Shown piece after piece: positions 15,939 through 25,128 of a stretch of DNA of 26,249 bases. The translations under genes and the position numbers were made by a program. Under the pieces are notes generated by a model. The model was not told where the DNA came from. It did no database searches and saw only the letters and a program-made list of their open reading frames with translations. This DNA comes from a virus, in IMG/VR virus record IMGVR_UViG_3300027852_000031, positions 1-26,249 of that record. One strand, written 5' to 3'. Within the stretch, counting starts at the first letter, position 1. Each line of letters begins with the position of its first letter.

Positions 15939-16196
15939 TTATTTATCATGTTTCTCGTTGTCAAGAAGTTGATCTCTTTCTCTTCTGGTAGCTTCGAGAT
16001 CGAATAATATATATTTCACACAAATTCTAAGTTGTGTCATTTTATTAGCTAATTTTTTAGAATCTGTCGCTATTTGTTCGTGCCGATTTTTTGTCTCCGT
16101 CACAAGTGGGGTTAGTTTGTCTTGTTGTTCCTTTGGTAAACCAGAGATTTCGTTGATAAGTAGTTGTAGACGATCACCGAATTCTTTATTGTCCAT
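15939..16196 (-). CDS. small coiled-coil protein resembling a conserved Planctomycetota family
   Basis: EISGLP...ET..RH...LRICVKYILFDLEATRRE matches my recollection of the KYLxFDLEATRREN family (not database-checked). Confidence 0.75.
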   Translation of the reverse strand: MDNKEFGDRLQLLINEISGLPKEQQDKLTPLVTETKNRHEQIATDSKKLANKMTQLRICVKYILFDLEATRRERDQLLDNEKHDK

Positions 16197-16198
16197 TA

Positions 16199-16774
16199 TT
16201 AGACATCCTTTCTAGAATCCCATACAACAGTTAATTCATTAGTTTCCACAATGTCGTCAGCGACCACAGTTCTTCTACCTAATCGTTTTTTCCCAGATAT
16301 CAACCCTTTATAGCAATGGTCCACGAGTTCTGTGCAACTAAATCTTAGTGATTCATTAAAATTGAAACTAAAATCGTATGGTCTACCCAACAAAGACACT
16401 GCTGTTGTTACGGCCGTTTTTGCACATTTAGATGGTGGTCTTAGTACGATCATGTGATCGGTTCTCATGAAATCAATTATATCTTCGGTAACTATTCCGT
16501 CGCTAATTGCGTGAATTACCGTATTATGGCCGATATATATACCGGCGTGATTAAACCAGCCGGGCAGAAAGATTCTGTCTAGATAACCTTCAAATCTACG
16601 TATTACAATATCGCCAGGCTTAATTATTGATACAACCTTACGGTAGTGCTTTCCTTTTAAGCTGAACGATCTTCCATTAATAGTAATCCACATAGGGCGT
16701 AGCCATCCATGCCACCTAATGTCTCCTATGAATCGAAATAATGCCTTTTGTATCCTATATCTTAGTTTTGTCAC
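16199..16774 (-). CDS. permuted papain-like NlpC/P60 (YiiX/YebB) amidase
   Basis: PGDIVI, FNHAGIY (His), GRPYDF, FSCTELV (Cys after His). Confidence 0.9.
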   Translation of the reverse strand: MTKLRYRIQKALFRFIGDIRWHGWLRPMWITINGRSFSLKGKHYRKVVSIIKPGDIVIRRFEGYLDRIFLPGWFNHAGIYIGHNTVIHAISDGIVTEDIIDFMRTDHMIVLRPPSKCAKTAVTTAVSLLGRPYDFSFNFNESLRFSCTELVDHCYKGLISGKKRLGRRTVVADDIVETNELTVVWDSRKDV

Positions 16775-17084
16775 CAGATTTCTCCTTTGGTCTTACTGGG
16801 GTGGTTAGCGATTTCTCAATAGACCATCTATATTTTTGCAGTCTCATATGTAAAACGTTGTATGGAATTTTATATTCTTCAGCCCATACAGATACACACC
16901 GTGTTTTCCCCATGAATGATATTAGTCGATTGCTTCTTTTATTTCTTGCCTGTTCTGTGTGGTTTGCCCATCTACAGTTGCTTGGATGGTAATTGCCGTC
17001 ATTATTGATTCTGTCGATTGAGTGATTGGGTGGGCATTTCCCCATATCTGCCGAATATTTTCCCATTAAGCTTGTTGGTTTCAT
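16755..17084 (-). CDS. N-terminally truncated HNH homing-endonuclease-like protein
   Basis: DMGKCP..HSIDRINNDGNYHPSNCRWA...EQARNKR; lacks the usual upstream W..M..RC...YGGRGI segment. Confidence 0.8.
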   Translation of the reverse strand: MKPTSLMGKYSADMGKCPPNHSIDRINNDGNYHPSNCRWANHTEQARNKRSNRLISFMGKTRCVSVWAEEYKIPYNVLHMRLQKYRWSIEKSLTTPVRPKEKSGDKTKI

Positions 17085-17530
17085 TGCTTTATCTGTTTAT
17101 TTATACACCCAGAATAATCAGTACCCAAACCTTCCCATTTATCTACAGAATCATCAGCAGACGCATGGCATCTTTTACATAAATAAAGTATAAAAAATGG
17201 TCTGGAGTGATTTGGGTGATGGGCTTCGACGCTGCGGTCAGAATAACATACCTCGCACTCACCAGGGGGAACTAGATGGCCAGATTTAACTGCTTGTCGT
17301 ACAAGATATCTGGCATGTGTTTTTTCTGGGAATTTTTCTTTGTCGTTGCGTGAATTTTGGGCATTTTGGGTTGTTGGTTTACATCTGCGATTTTCGTTTG
17401 TTAATTTTGACGCACACGATCTAGAACACGTGTGTTTCTGTCCAAGTTTGTTGGTCTGATTGAATCTTTTGCGTGGTTTTTTAAAAACATTACCACACCA
17501 TTCGCATTTAACGTCTACATAAATAGACAC
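17081..17530 (-). CDS. zinc-finger plus HNH-like phage protein
   Basis: CEWC...CSRSC; CEVC...EAHHPNHSRP...LCKRCH. Confidence 0.8.
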   Translation of the reverse strand: MSIYVDVKCEWCGNVFKKPRKRFNQTNKLGQKHTCSRSCASKLTNENRRCKPTTQNAQNSRNDKEKFPEKTHARYLVRQAVKSGHLVPPGECEVCYSDRSVEAHHPNHSRPFFILYLCKRCHASADDSVDKWEGLGTDYSGCINKQIKQ

Positions 17531-17536
17531 GTTATG

Positions 17537-17893
17537 TTACTCCAAATTCATTTTGCCTATAATTTTGAACAATCTTTTTATACATATTATATGATCTCCA
17601 ATGTATGCTTCTACAAAATCTTCTGGGTCCAATGGTAGTTGCGCCTCATAATTATAGTTTATGAATTTTGCTTCTGGTAATATATCTATGATTTTGGCTT
17701 TAATGATTGAGATCTGATCACATGGTTTGGAGTCTATAACTAGGGGTGGTTCTGGCAACTCAACATTGTTGGCTTTAGCATACTTGCTTGCAGCTACATG
17801 CACACGTTCTTGGGCGGCATATACGACTAACAATTGCCATTTATGTATAAGAAAGTGTAACATTTTTTTGGGTTTATTTAGTTTTGTTAGCAT
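17537..17893 (-). CDS. hypothetical protein
   Basis: Co-oriented; fills the operon. Confidence 0.7.
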   Translation of the reverse strand: MLTKLNKPKKMLHFLIHKWQLLVVYAAQERVHVAASKYAKANNVELPEPPLVIDSKPCDQISIIKAKIIDILPEAKFINYNYEAQLPLDPEDFVEAYIGDHIICIKRLFKIIGKMNLE

Positions 17894-17905
17894 AATCTTC
17901 TCAAT

Positions 17906-18160
17906 TTATACTTCTGTTTTCATTTCGTCCACAAGATCAGAAGCTAGACCGCATAGGTCTTGACATCTGTCGCGTACACTTGTTATACTTATACTTCTTC
18001 TGATATGTTTTAATCGCTTGGGTTTGTACAATTTTATCGACATTGACACATACAGTGTTCCATTAAAATATGTACTTTTCATCGTCCACTCTGATGGAGA
18101 ATTAACCCATATATAGTTTTCAAAAACACACATAATAGGTGGTATGGATTTTTTCGACAT
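17906..18160 (-). CDS. hypothetical protein
   Basis: ATG 18160, 1 nt after the NUDIX stop. Confidence 0.65.
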   Translation of the reverse strand: MSKKSIPPIMCVFENYIWVNSPSEWTMKSTYFNGTLYVSMSIKLYKPKRLKHIRRSISITSVRDRCQDLCGLASDLVDEMKTEV

Positions 18161-18161
18161 T

Positions 18162-18605
18162 TTATCTATGTTGAATCCATTCCGACGCCCATTTGTCACG
18201 ATGGTTGTCGTAGTGTTGCATCATATACGAAAAGAAAAGTAAATTTTTACTTATGAACGGAGATAGAAGGTTTGTTATAGTGTGCATTTCTTGTAGGTTG
18301 AACCATCCTACTCCTATTATATCGCTGCAGGCTGGGTATGGTATGTTTGACCATTTATCGCATAGAAATATATTTATATTGTATTTTTCTACATTGATAT
18401 TATATAGCGAGCGAAATCGTTTTCCTTCTATTCCAACCTTTTCGTTTAGTTTTCTATATGCTGCGAGTACATATGTTGTATCATTTCCATCTACTTTTCC
18501 GCCTGGGAATACCCATGATCCACCAGCAACATCCGAGTAAGATCTTTGAGAAAGAAGGAATCTATCCTTATCTATCAATACTACCCAGACAACCGGAATC
18601 AACAC
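18162..18605 (-). CDS. NUDIX hydrolase-fold protein with a degenerate Nudix box
   Basis: FLLSQR...WVFPGGKVD...AAYRKLNEKVGI; GGAGG RBS before GTG 18605. Confidence 0.85.
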   Translation of the reverse strand: MLIPVVWVVLIDKDRFLLSQRSYSDVAGGSWVFPGGKVDGNDTTYVLAAYRKLNEKVGIEGKRFRSLYNINVEKYNINIFLCDKWSNIPYPACSDIIGVGWFNLQEMHTITNLLSPFISKNLLFFSYMMQHYDNHRDKWASEWIQHR

Positions 18606-18643
18606 AATCTCCTCCAATCAATTGCATAGCGAGACACATAATA

Positions 18644-18655
18644 GTTATACACATT
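18644..18655 (-). promoter_or_regulatory. candidate phage-specific promoter AATGTGTATAAC
   Basis: Identical 12-mer at 22392(+); both copies sit just upstream of a gene, in the sense orientation. Confidence 0.45.
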
Positions 18656-19226
18656 AGCGATTATCACCATCCCCATGCAATGTCCCACGCTGTTTCCGTC
18701 CAGCTAGGTTGTCTATATTCATCTTGCATATTTGTCCAAGTGTGAATCCACATCGAACTGCAATTTCTTCAATACACGAGATAATATTTGACATATGTAT
18801 CGGTATATCTTTGAATCTACACTGTTCTCCAATTCTACCGTCGTAATCATAGCACCATTTTTCCAAAGAATTAGCGACACATATCGCATGGCGATTCATA
18901 TGCAATACTATTCGTGGAAGTATCATTGGTTTGATTTTTTGAGAAATACTAGATCCACGCATGATATACATCATATCAAAATCCAGTCCCGTGTCACAGC
19001 ATATATTCGCTAAATACCAACAACAATCTCCAAGCTCTTTGGCGATGGCGTTTTTGCGATCCTCCGTCATGTCCCAGCCATTATCTCTTATCAGTTTCTT
19101 GACTTTGTCGGCTACTTCTCCACATTCACCAACAATACCGAGTGCCGGATAAATCATTTTACTAGCGGGAATACCCAAATATATGGCCGTACTTCTGGCA
19201 GCTAGTTGATATTCTTTTAAGATCAT
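18654..19226 (-). CDS. MazG-like nucleotide pyrophosphohydrolase
   Basis: EYQ..A..TAIY, LGIVGECGEVADKVKK, KELGDCCWY, C-terminal RGTLHGDGDNR; internal insertion. Confidence 0.9.
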   Translation of the reverse strand: MILKEYQLAARSTAIYLGIPASKMIYPALGIVGECGEVADKVKKLIRDNGWDMTEDRKNAIAKELGDCCWYLANICCDTGLDFDMMYIMRGSSISQKIKPMILPRIVLHMNRHAICVANSLEKWCYDYDGRIGEQCRFKDIPIHMSNIISCIEEIAVRCGFTLGQICKMNIDNLAGRKQRGTLHGDGDNR

Positions 19227-19936
19227 TGATCCTCTCCTGTGTCGTCGTCGTCTGTCTCATGTTTGCCTAATTTCATAGTCGATTGCCATTTGGAGTTTTG
19301 TGTGTCTGTAGCGTAGTATTTAGATGGATCATCCAGTTTTTCTAGAATCCAGTCGGCTAATCCACTATTGACAGCCTCTTCTGCTGTAAATATGCTATCC
19401 TGGGCACAAAGATGTTCGATTTTTTCTAATGTGATTCTGGGTTTTGCCTGTTTCATCCTGCTGTAGTATATTTCATACATTCTAATCCTGAGTTTTTTTG
19501 TATGTTTAGCCCAGGCTTCAACAGATTTGCATGTACCACTTATGGTATCAAACCCATCATGTATCATAAATGTACAATGAGGTGCTACCACGCGAGAATC
19601 ACACGCTTGCACAATGATAGATCCCATACTCATTGCATATCCCCAGCACAAACCATATACGTGTGATGAAGAAGCGCGAATAGCATCGTACATAGCCATT
19701 CCGTGATACCAATCTCCACCAAGATTATTCATGTGTACAATTATCGGTTTATTTGATATTAGATTTAAATGTGTAATAGCCTTAATAAAGAATTCAGACA
19801 TTTGACAGTCTGTGCCAGATTCGCCATCTCCGTTGGTTGTTTCTGGGCTGTGCGAACCAACATAAATTATTCTTTTGGACGGAAGATATGAATAGTCAAA
19901 CCATCTGTCTATGTCTTCTCTCAAATGACTTGTCAT
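19223..19936 (-). CDS. ClpP-like serine protease
   Basis: NNLGGD..HGMAMYDAI, AMSMGS (Ser), FMIHD (His), QDSIFTAEEA..GLAD. Confidence 0.92.
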   Translation of the reverse strand: MTSHLREDIDRWFDYSYLPSKRIIYVGSHSPETTNGDGESGTDCQMSEFFIKAITHLNLISNKPIIVHMNNLGGDWYHGMAMYDAIRASSSHVYGLCWGYAMSMGSIIVQACDSRVVAPHCTFMIHDGFDTISGTCKSVEAWAKHTKKLRIRMYEIYYSRMKQAKPRITLEKIEHLCAQDSIFTAEEAVNSGLADWILEKLDDPSKYYATDTQNSKWQSTMKLGKHETDDDDTGEDQ

Positions 19937-19960
19937 ACTAGCATTTCTCCAAGTTACAAT

Positions 19961-20254
19961 TTATGCCTCTATTATTTTTGGCAGATCACAATAGTTACAG
20001 TTGTCATTTTGATTATTTTCGCACATTGGACATAGTGTCTTGATTGGTCTATTTAATAGATGGATTTTAATTATAGTTTCTGAACATGAATTACATATCA
20101 ATATTCCGTCGAAAACATGGGTGACATTAGATGCCGAATTTTGTCCACAACATACATCGCATATTACTTTATTAGTATCGTTGTGTCGTGGATTCAGGAC
20201 AAAACAATACGTCGCCATTATGTTTCTGAACCAATTTTTAATTTTTTGTATCAT
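19961..20254 (-). CDS. Cys-rich putative zinc-finger protein
   Basis: CDVC, CNSC, CPMC, CNYC. Confidence 0.7.
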   Translation of the reverse strand: MIQKIKNWFRNIMATYCFVLNPRHNDTNKVICDVCCGQNSASNVTHVFDGILICNSCSETIIKIHLLNRPIKTLCPMCENNQNDNCNYCDLPKIIEA

Positions 20255-20258
20255 AATG

Positions 20259-20510
20259 TTATTTTGTTGTATATGTTATATTCGATGACCAGCTGGGGTG
20301 TTCTATTACGATGTTTATTCTACACCCGCACTGTTCTATCAACTCATTTGCGCATCCAATAAGTTTTCCGGCCACAATTAATTTATTTGAAGTATTACTT
20401 GCCAAATTAGCATTCAATGTAGCTGCTTGTGCGACAGTTTCTATTAGATCTGATATATCTGCAGCATTCATGTTAACTATACTTGAGAATGTCTTTTGTT
20501 CAATCGCCAT
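20259..20510 (-). CDS. hypothetical protein
   Basis: GGGAG RBS before ATG 20510 (trimmed from 20564). Confidence 0.7.
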   Translation of the reverse strand: MAIEQKTFSSIVNMNAADISDLIETVAQAATLNANLASNTSNKLIVAGKLIGCANELIEQCGCRINIVIEHPSWSSNITYTTK

Positions 20511-21291
20511 TGTTTTTGCTCCCATCTGGCGTGCTATTTTTATCAAACTGTTCTTTAATGTCATTCATTTGGTCTTTAAGTTTTTGTAGTTCGTCGGATA
20601 TTTGGGTAGGCGTATAGCCAAAAAATGTCAATTCCCAGAATATACTAGTTGCTAGACACCAAAGTGTTGGTTGTATGTTTAGTTCGAATCCAGTTGGTTT
20701 AAAATCTCTGTCTGACTCGACATGGGGTGGGTAAAAATTTACTTTAGTTGATACGCGAATTGGTAGGTGTCCTAGATTATTCACTGATGTTAGCCCTACA
20801 CCGTAGGATGTTTTTGTATCACAATCATCTCCGCATTCATGGAAATCTAAGTTTCGGCTTGGGCACCCAGGTCCAATACCGACAACATCCATCAAGCCAG
20901 ACATATACGCACGTTTGGGGTCGTCCCATCGGTTGACATTCTGGTCTATTAATGAAGACAAACCTTTGATTTCTCCCTGGTCAGTTGGTTTGCCAGTTTT
21001 TTTTGTAGTTATAATATCGTATCCTGGGAACCATGATAATTGTAGGTATTTGATATTTTCGCTACGATCGTCATCGCTATCTAGATTTATTTGCTGCCAG
21101 AAGTCGTCGAAGCTAGACATGCCCATGGTCGCGGCAATTCCAGGCATATTTTGTTCTGCGTTGTGTATCATCAAAAAAAGGTCATATAAAGTAAAATTGT
21201 CACTAATTAAATCGACATTGAACTGCAAATCAAATGGTGAGAATTCTTTTGATGCATATTCTTTTGTGAGACATATTTGGTTATTACTCAT
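20500..21291 (-). CDS. hypothetical protein (263 aa)
   Basis: Long ORF with AGGAG RBS; C-terminal IFWELTFFG.TP plus coiled coil. Confidence 0.8.
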   Translation of the reverse strand: MSNNQICLTKEYASKEFSPFDLQFNVDLISDNFTLYDLFLMIHNAEQNMPGIAATMGMSSFDDFWQQINLDSDDDRSENIKYLQLSWFPGYDIITTKKTGKPTDQGEIKGLSSLIDQNVNRWDDPKRAYMSGLMDVVGIGPGCPSRNLDFHECGDDCDTKTSYGVGLTSVNNLGHLPIRVSTKVNFYPPHVESDRDFKPTGFELNIQPTLWCLATSIFWELTFFGYTPTQISDELQKLKDQMNDIKEQFDKNSTPDGSKNNGD

Positions 21292-21997
21292 AACGCACTC
21301 CTATGTGGTTCGCTGTGGCATTTATGGTTTGTTCGCTTGATTCTATACCAACACACCCTACATTAAGCCTACTACTAACTATAGCAGATGTGCCACTGCC
21401 AATAAATGGGTCTAAAACTCGCCCACCAGGACGGCAATGGCCCTTTATGATACGTTCCACTAACAACTCCGGGAATTGGGTTGGTGACCATATTCTTCGT
21501 TCTTTGAATGTACCACAAATACGTGAGAACTCGAAAACATTAGCTGGTATTTTACCCCCTGTTGCGGCTCTTTTGTCTTTGTATTTAGTTTGTCTGGCGC
21601 TGGGTACTTTTATCTTCTCTGGGTTTATATAGTTAGAATTCAACCAATATATGGGCCTATAACATAATGCGTATTTGCCACGCCTGGTCTGGTCTTGACC
21701 GAAAGTATAATGCCATTGCAGTCTTTGTATTAGCGGTATATTAAAATCATGTATTATGTTTTCTACTATATGCGTCCATTTTTCGTTGAAAGTAAAAAAT
21801 ATTGGACCGCTGGTCAGTTCCGACATACGATGCAACCAAATGGTCATCATGTTTTTATATTCAGATTCTGTAAATTTATCAACAAATCCACTATATTTTA
21901 ATCCGATATTGTCGGGTGGATCTCCGATAATCAGATCAATTTCTCCTATTGCTGACGCTGGTATTGCTTCGAATTGTCCGTGGATTAATTTTATCAT
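21284..21997 (-). CDS. beta-class N4/N6 DNA methyltransferase with an atypical DPPD motif IV
   Basis: IDLIIGDPPDN, PTQFPELLVERII, VLDPFIGSGTS (motif I at the C-terminus). Confidence 0.88.
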   Translation of the reverse strand: MIKLIHGQFEAIPASAIGEIDLIIGDPPDNIGLKYSGFVDKFTESEYKNMMTIWLHRMSELTSGPIFFTFNEKWTHIVENIIHDFNIPLIQRLQWHYTFGQDQTRRGKYALCYRPIYWLNSNYINPEKIKVPSARQTKYKDKRAATGGKIPANVFEFSRICGTFKERRIWSPTQFPELLVERIIKGHCRPGGRVLDPFIGSGTSAIVSSRLNVGCVGIESSEQTINATANHIGVRYE

Positions 21998-22281
21998 TCG
22001 TCTAGTTCTACCCGCCTTTTGGTTGAATATGATTTAGTTGTTGGCGGTGAATTTCCCAGTGGATTTTGTATCCGTTTTTTGAGTACGTCATATGCTGTTT
22101 CGTTGACAGCATTCGTATTTTCGTCCTTTTCTGGGACGCCATGTTGTTTAAAAAATTTGATGGCTAATTCCGCTTGTTCTTTGGTCTTGTAATCCCCAAG
22201 TTTTTCGCCATTTATATCGTCTATTACCGCATATTGATAGATGTACGGCAGTGTGTTCCTTCTTATTGTGAACATTGACAT
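21994..22281 (-). CDS. hypothetical protein
   Basis: ATGA overlap with the methyltransferase; TATAAT just upstream. Confidence 0.7.
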   Translation of the reverse strand: MSMFTIRRNTLPYIYQYAVIDDINGEKLGDYKTKEQAELAIKFFKQHGVPEKDENTNAVNETAYDVLKKRIQNPLGNSPPTTKSYSTKRRVELDE

Positions 22282-22391
22282 ACCAAATTATACTCGATAG
22301 TTGTAAATTTGTTCGTTTAAAAATAATAAAATATGGAACACATAGCCTGAAATCTGCTCTCTATATATATGGATGGCGATTTTATCGGACC

Positions 22392-22403
22392 AATGTGTAT
22401 AAC
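22392..22403 (+). promoter_or_regulatory. candidate phage-specific promoter AATGTGTATAAC
   Basis: In the divergent intergenic region; identical to 18644-18655(-). Confidence 0.45.
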
Positions 22404-22419
22404 GAGATGGGTGATAAAA

Positions 22420-22596
22420 ATGAATGATAAGAAAACCAGGTTGAATTGTAGGCTCATAACTCGTGGTACTAAAAATGTTGAAAATCAAGTAGAAGATGAT
22501 TTATCGACCCAAGACCCAGACGAAAGTGATGGTAAGCGGTTGATAGAGGATGAGCTTAACACATCTGAAGCAAAGGAAAAAGAGAATGGCTGCTAG
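22420..22596 (+). CDS. small acidic hypothetical protein
   Basis: GGGTGA RBS before ATG 22420. Confidence 0.6.
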   Translation: MNDKKTRLNCRLITRGTKNVENQVEDDLSTQDPDESDGKRLIEDELNTSEAKEKENGC

Positions 22597-23131
22597 TAAA
22601 GAGATACTTCAACAGGCTTATCCGATAATTGATCGTTTGGCTAAAATTCGTTGCGCAAACGGCGCTTTCGCTTATTATGAAAGCGATGATATATATCAAG
22701 AGGTATGGCGGATGTGTCTAGAAGCTATTGAAAGATATGATCCAAAAATAGGACCAATTGAGAATTACTTAGTAAGACATGTTGGGAATAGAACCAAGAA
22801 TTTGAAACGAGATAAATATTTTCGTCCAGGACTTGATACCGCTACTTCTGGTCTTGCTAGAACAAGAATGAATTTGGTTAATGCGTTACCACTGGATTAT
22901 GGTGATATGTCTGGTAATGGACGATTAGTAGCGGCTGGTCATCCGAGTATCGATCCTTGCGACAAGATGGTTTGTGACGAGATGTTAAAATTAATTTATT
23001 CTGAATTACCAGACGATATGGTGGGTCTATTTGAAGATCTTTTAGGAAATAATAAAATTCGCAGATCATCAATTGGTGAATTAAGAGAAAAAATAGCAGA
23101 AATTTTAGTTGAGACTGATATCGATGTCTAA
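22586..23131 (+). CDS. sigma70 region-2-containing RNA polymerase sigma-like factor
   Basis: DDIYQEVWRMCLEAIERYDP..GPIENYL...NRTKNLKRD; AAGGA upstream of ATG 22586. Confidence 0.75.
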   Translation: MAASKEILQQAYPIIDRLAKIRCANGAFAYYESDDIYQEVWRMCLEAIERYDPKIGPIENYLVRHVGNRTKNLKRDKYFRPGLDTATSGLARTRMNLVNALPLDYGDMSGNGRLVAAGHPSIDPCDKMVCDEMLKLIYSELPDDMVGLFEDLLGNNKIRRSSIGELREKIAEILVETDIDV

Positions 23132-24035
23132 CGTCAATCATAGGAAATTGTCGTCAAATCCGAAGGCTATGCAGGTTCTTAGAGAATGTATCAGGCATGG
23201 TTTTACAGACAGGCAGATCCAAGACCGACTGATCAAAGAGTGTGGATATAAGTGGTCTGTCGACACAGTTAGTCGTCGTCGTAGGGCATTGGGAATTGTT
23301 AAGACGAAAGGTGGTACATCTGATATTTCGTTACTTGATAAGCCGAACTTATCCATGCCACCGCACGGGTTGTCCGATACCGAAAAGGCGGCGTGGTTTA
23401 CTGGTCAGTTCAAAAAGACGCATCTTTATATCACTATTAAGAAGCAATTTGAATTAGATGAATTGGCAACTTATCTGACAGATTTTGGTCTGTTGTGCTG
23501 TCAATTCGAGGATATAGTTATCAGCGAATTTATGCAGATTGATGATTTTCTAAAACACAGAATACTGGTCGATAGGCAATTGATTTTAATAAGGGAGATA
23601 CAACGACAAATAACAGAAAAACAAGATTGGCTTATGGGCCATCCCATAAGCGACGATGAAGACCAAGATATGAAGAAATCTAGAATTCGTTGTGAGCAAC
23701 AGATTAAAGATAAGCATTCACACCTGAAGGTTGTTAACGATAGATATGATGCTCTAGTAAAAGAACGACAAAGAATCTATTCCGGTTTGGCGGCAACAAG
23801 GAAAGATAGATTAGATGAATTGCGAGGCGGCAAAGAAACATTCCTAGAATTGATTGGAAGACTACAGCATTCGCAGGAAGAAAGAGATAGACAAGGACAA
23901 TTGGCAGAATTAACGAGATTGTCTGCAGAAGATGTAAAAAAAGAGTTTCGTGAACCAGTCGAATTTCCAGATGGAAGTGTTGAACCCATTATTATGGATT
24001 CGGAAACTAATTTCCAGGATGAAGACTATGAATAA
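23124..24035 (+). CDS. N-terminal HTH plus coiled-coil protein (terminase small subunit candidate)
   Basis: GFTDRQIQDRL...SVDTVSRRRRALG is HTH-like, followed by a long helical region. Function is inferred only. Confidence 0.7.
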   Translation: MSNVNHRKLSSNPKAMQVLRECIRHGFTDRQIQDRLIKECGYKWSVDTVSRRRRALGIVKTKGGTSDISLLDKPNLSMPPHGLSDTEKAAWFTGQFKKTHLYITIKKQFELDELATYLTDFGLLCCQFEDIVISEFMQIDDFLKHRILVDRQLILIREIQRQITEKQDWLMGHPISDDEDQDMKKSRIRCEQQIKDKHSHLKVVNDRYDALVKERQRIYSGLAATRKDRLDELRGGKETFLELIGRLQHSQEERDRQGQLAELTRLSAEDVKKEFREPVEFPDGSVEPIIMDSETNFQDEDYE

Positions 24036-25128
24036 AAATGCACTGTGTATTCCTAGACCTGGTATGTCATTCTGTGTGATACAGGATGGGTATGTAGATG
24101 CACTACGCCACCTTGGATGGAATATATATGTGTGTGATCCCAAAACCAAATTGGGTTGTTCTCGGATAATAGAGGAACATAATATATCATTAATCATGAC
24201 GCATTCGAGGTATGGTATACGGCAATTGCCAATTGAAACAATCAATGCTAACAACGTAACAGTATTGATCGATGTGTTACCTTTAAATAGGGATGGTTTG
24301 TTTATAGATAGCCCGTATGATATAGCCCACGATGATGAACCATCGGTTATCAGTAGAATCAAATCGCGTGTGATTCACACAAAAATTGAAAAACATTTAT
24401 GGTCGAAATATATGGGTTTATGGTGTAGTCAAAATTTACTACACGTACCAGTCGCAGGTAATTTGGTGAAAGCGACACCTCCGACGTGTGATATTCTTAC
24501 TGACGTAGCCATGGTGGCGAATTTTTATCACAGACAGAATATAATGCTGAACCTAATCGCACCGTTATTCAAACGTCTTCAGTTGCTTAAATATTCATAT
24601 CAATCCTTTGGAGATGACATATGGAACAAGGCGGGTCTGCCGTCGAATGGACGTTTGTGTAACACAGATTTGTTATCACACATTTATGCCACAGCAAAAG
24701 TATGTCCAAATGTACACACAGAGGGGCAGGTTCGACTACAAGCGTATATAAACGACAGATCTTTCATGATACCTTTGTGTGGCGGAATACAAATTTGCGA
24801 CAACCCATTGGCACTTAGGTACCTGGGTAAATCTTGTTTAGTTGCCACTAGTATAACAGATTTTATGACCAAAACAATCGCCACAATAGAAGACCAATCA
24901 TGTCGTCACGAATTGGTGAAAAACAATGTTAAACATGTTGCAGATAATCATACGTATTTCAGCAGATTGGTAGATTTGTTTCAAAACGCCGGATTATCAG
25001 ATTATGCAGATGAGATTGATGCCGAGGGTCAGCGCATGGCGATTCGCCATTGTTGGCAAATAGATTCTATCCTTAGTGCCAAAGAAAGAGGTATCACATA
25101 TGAGCAAGAGACGGTCGTTGGAGCGTAA
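24028..25128 (+). CDS. GT-B glycosyltransferase (CgeB/Glyco_trans_1_2-like)
   Basis: FGDDIW, IYATAKVCPNVH, INDRSFMIPLCGGIQICD, HTYFSR. Confidence 0.8.
   Translation: MNKNALCIPRPGMSFCVIQDGYVDALRHLGWNIYVCDPKTKLGCSRIIEEHNISLIMTHSRYGIRQLPIETINANNVTVLIDVLPLNRDGLFIDSPYDIAHDDEPSVISRIKSRVIHTKIEKHLWSKYMGLWCSQNLLHVPVAGNLVKATPPTCDILTDVAMVANFYHRQNIMLNLIAPLFKRLQLLKYSYQSFGDDIWNKAGLPSNGRLCNTDLLSHIYATAKVCPNVHTEGQVRLQAYINDRSFMIPLCGGIQICDNPLALRYLGKSCLVATSITDFMTKTIATIEDQSCRHELVKNNVKHVADNHTYFSRLVDLFQNAGLSDYADEIDAEGQRMAIRHCWQIDSILSAKERGITYEQETVVGA

Noticed and set aside
8865-23381. Scattered motif-like copies outside the array (for example 8865, 21922, 22620, 23372)
   Set aside because: Their number is within chance expectation for 2 or fewer mismatches over 21 kb.
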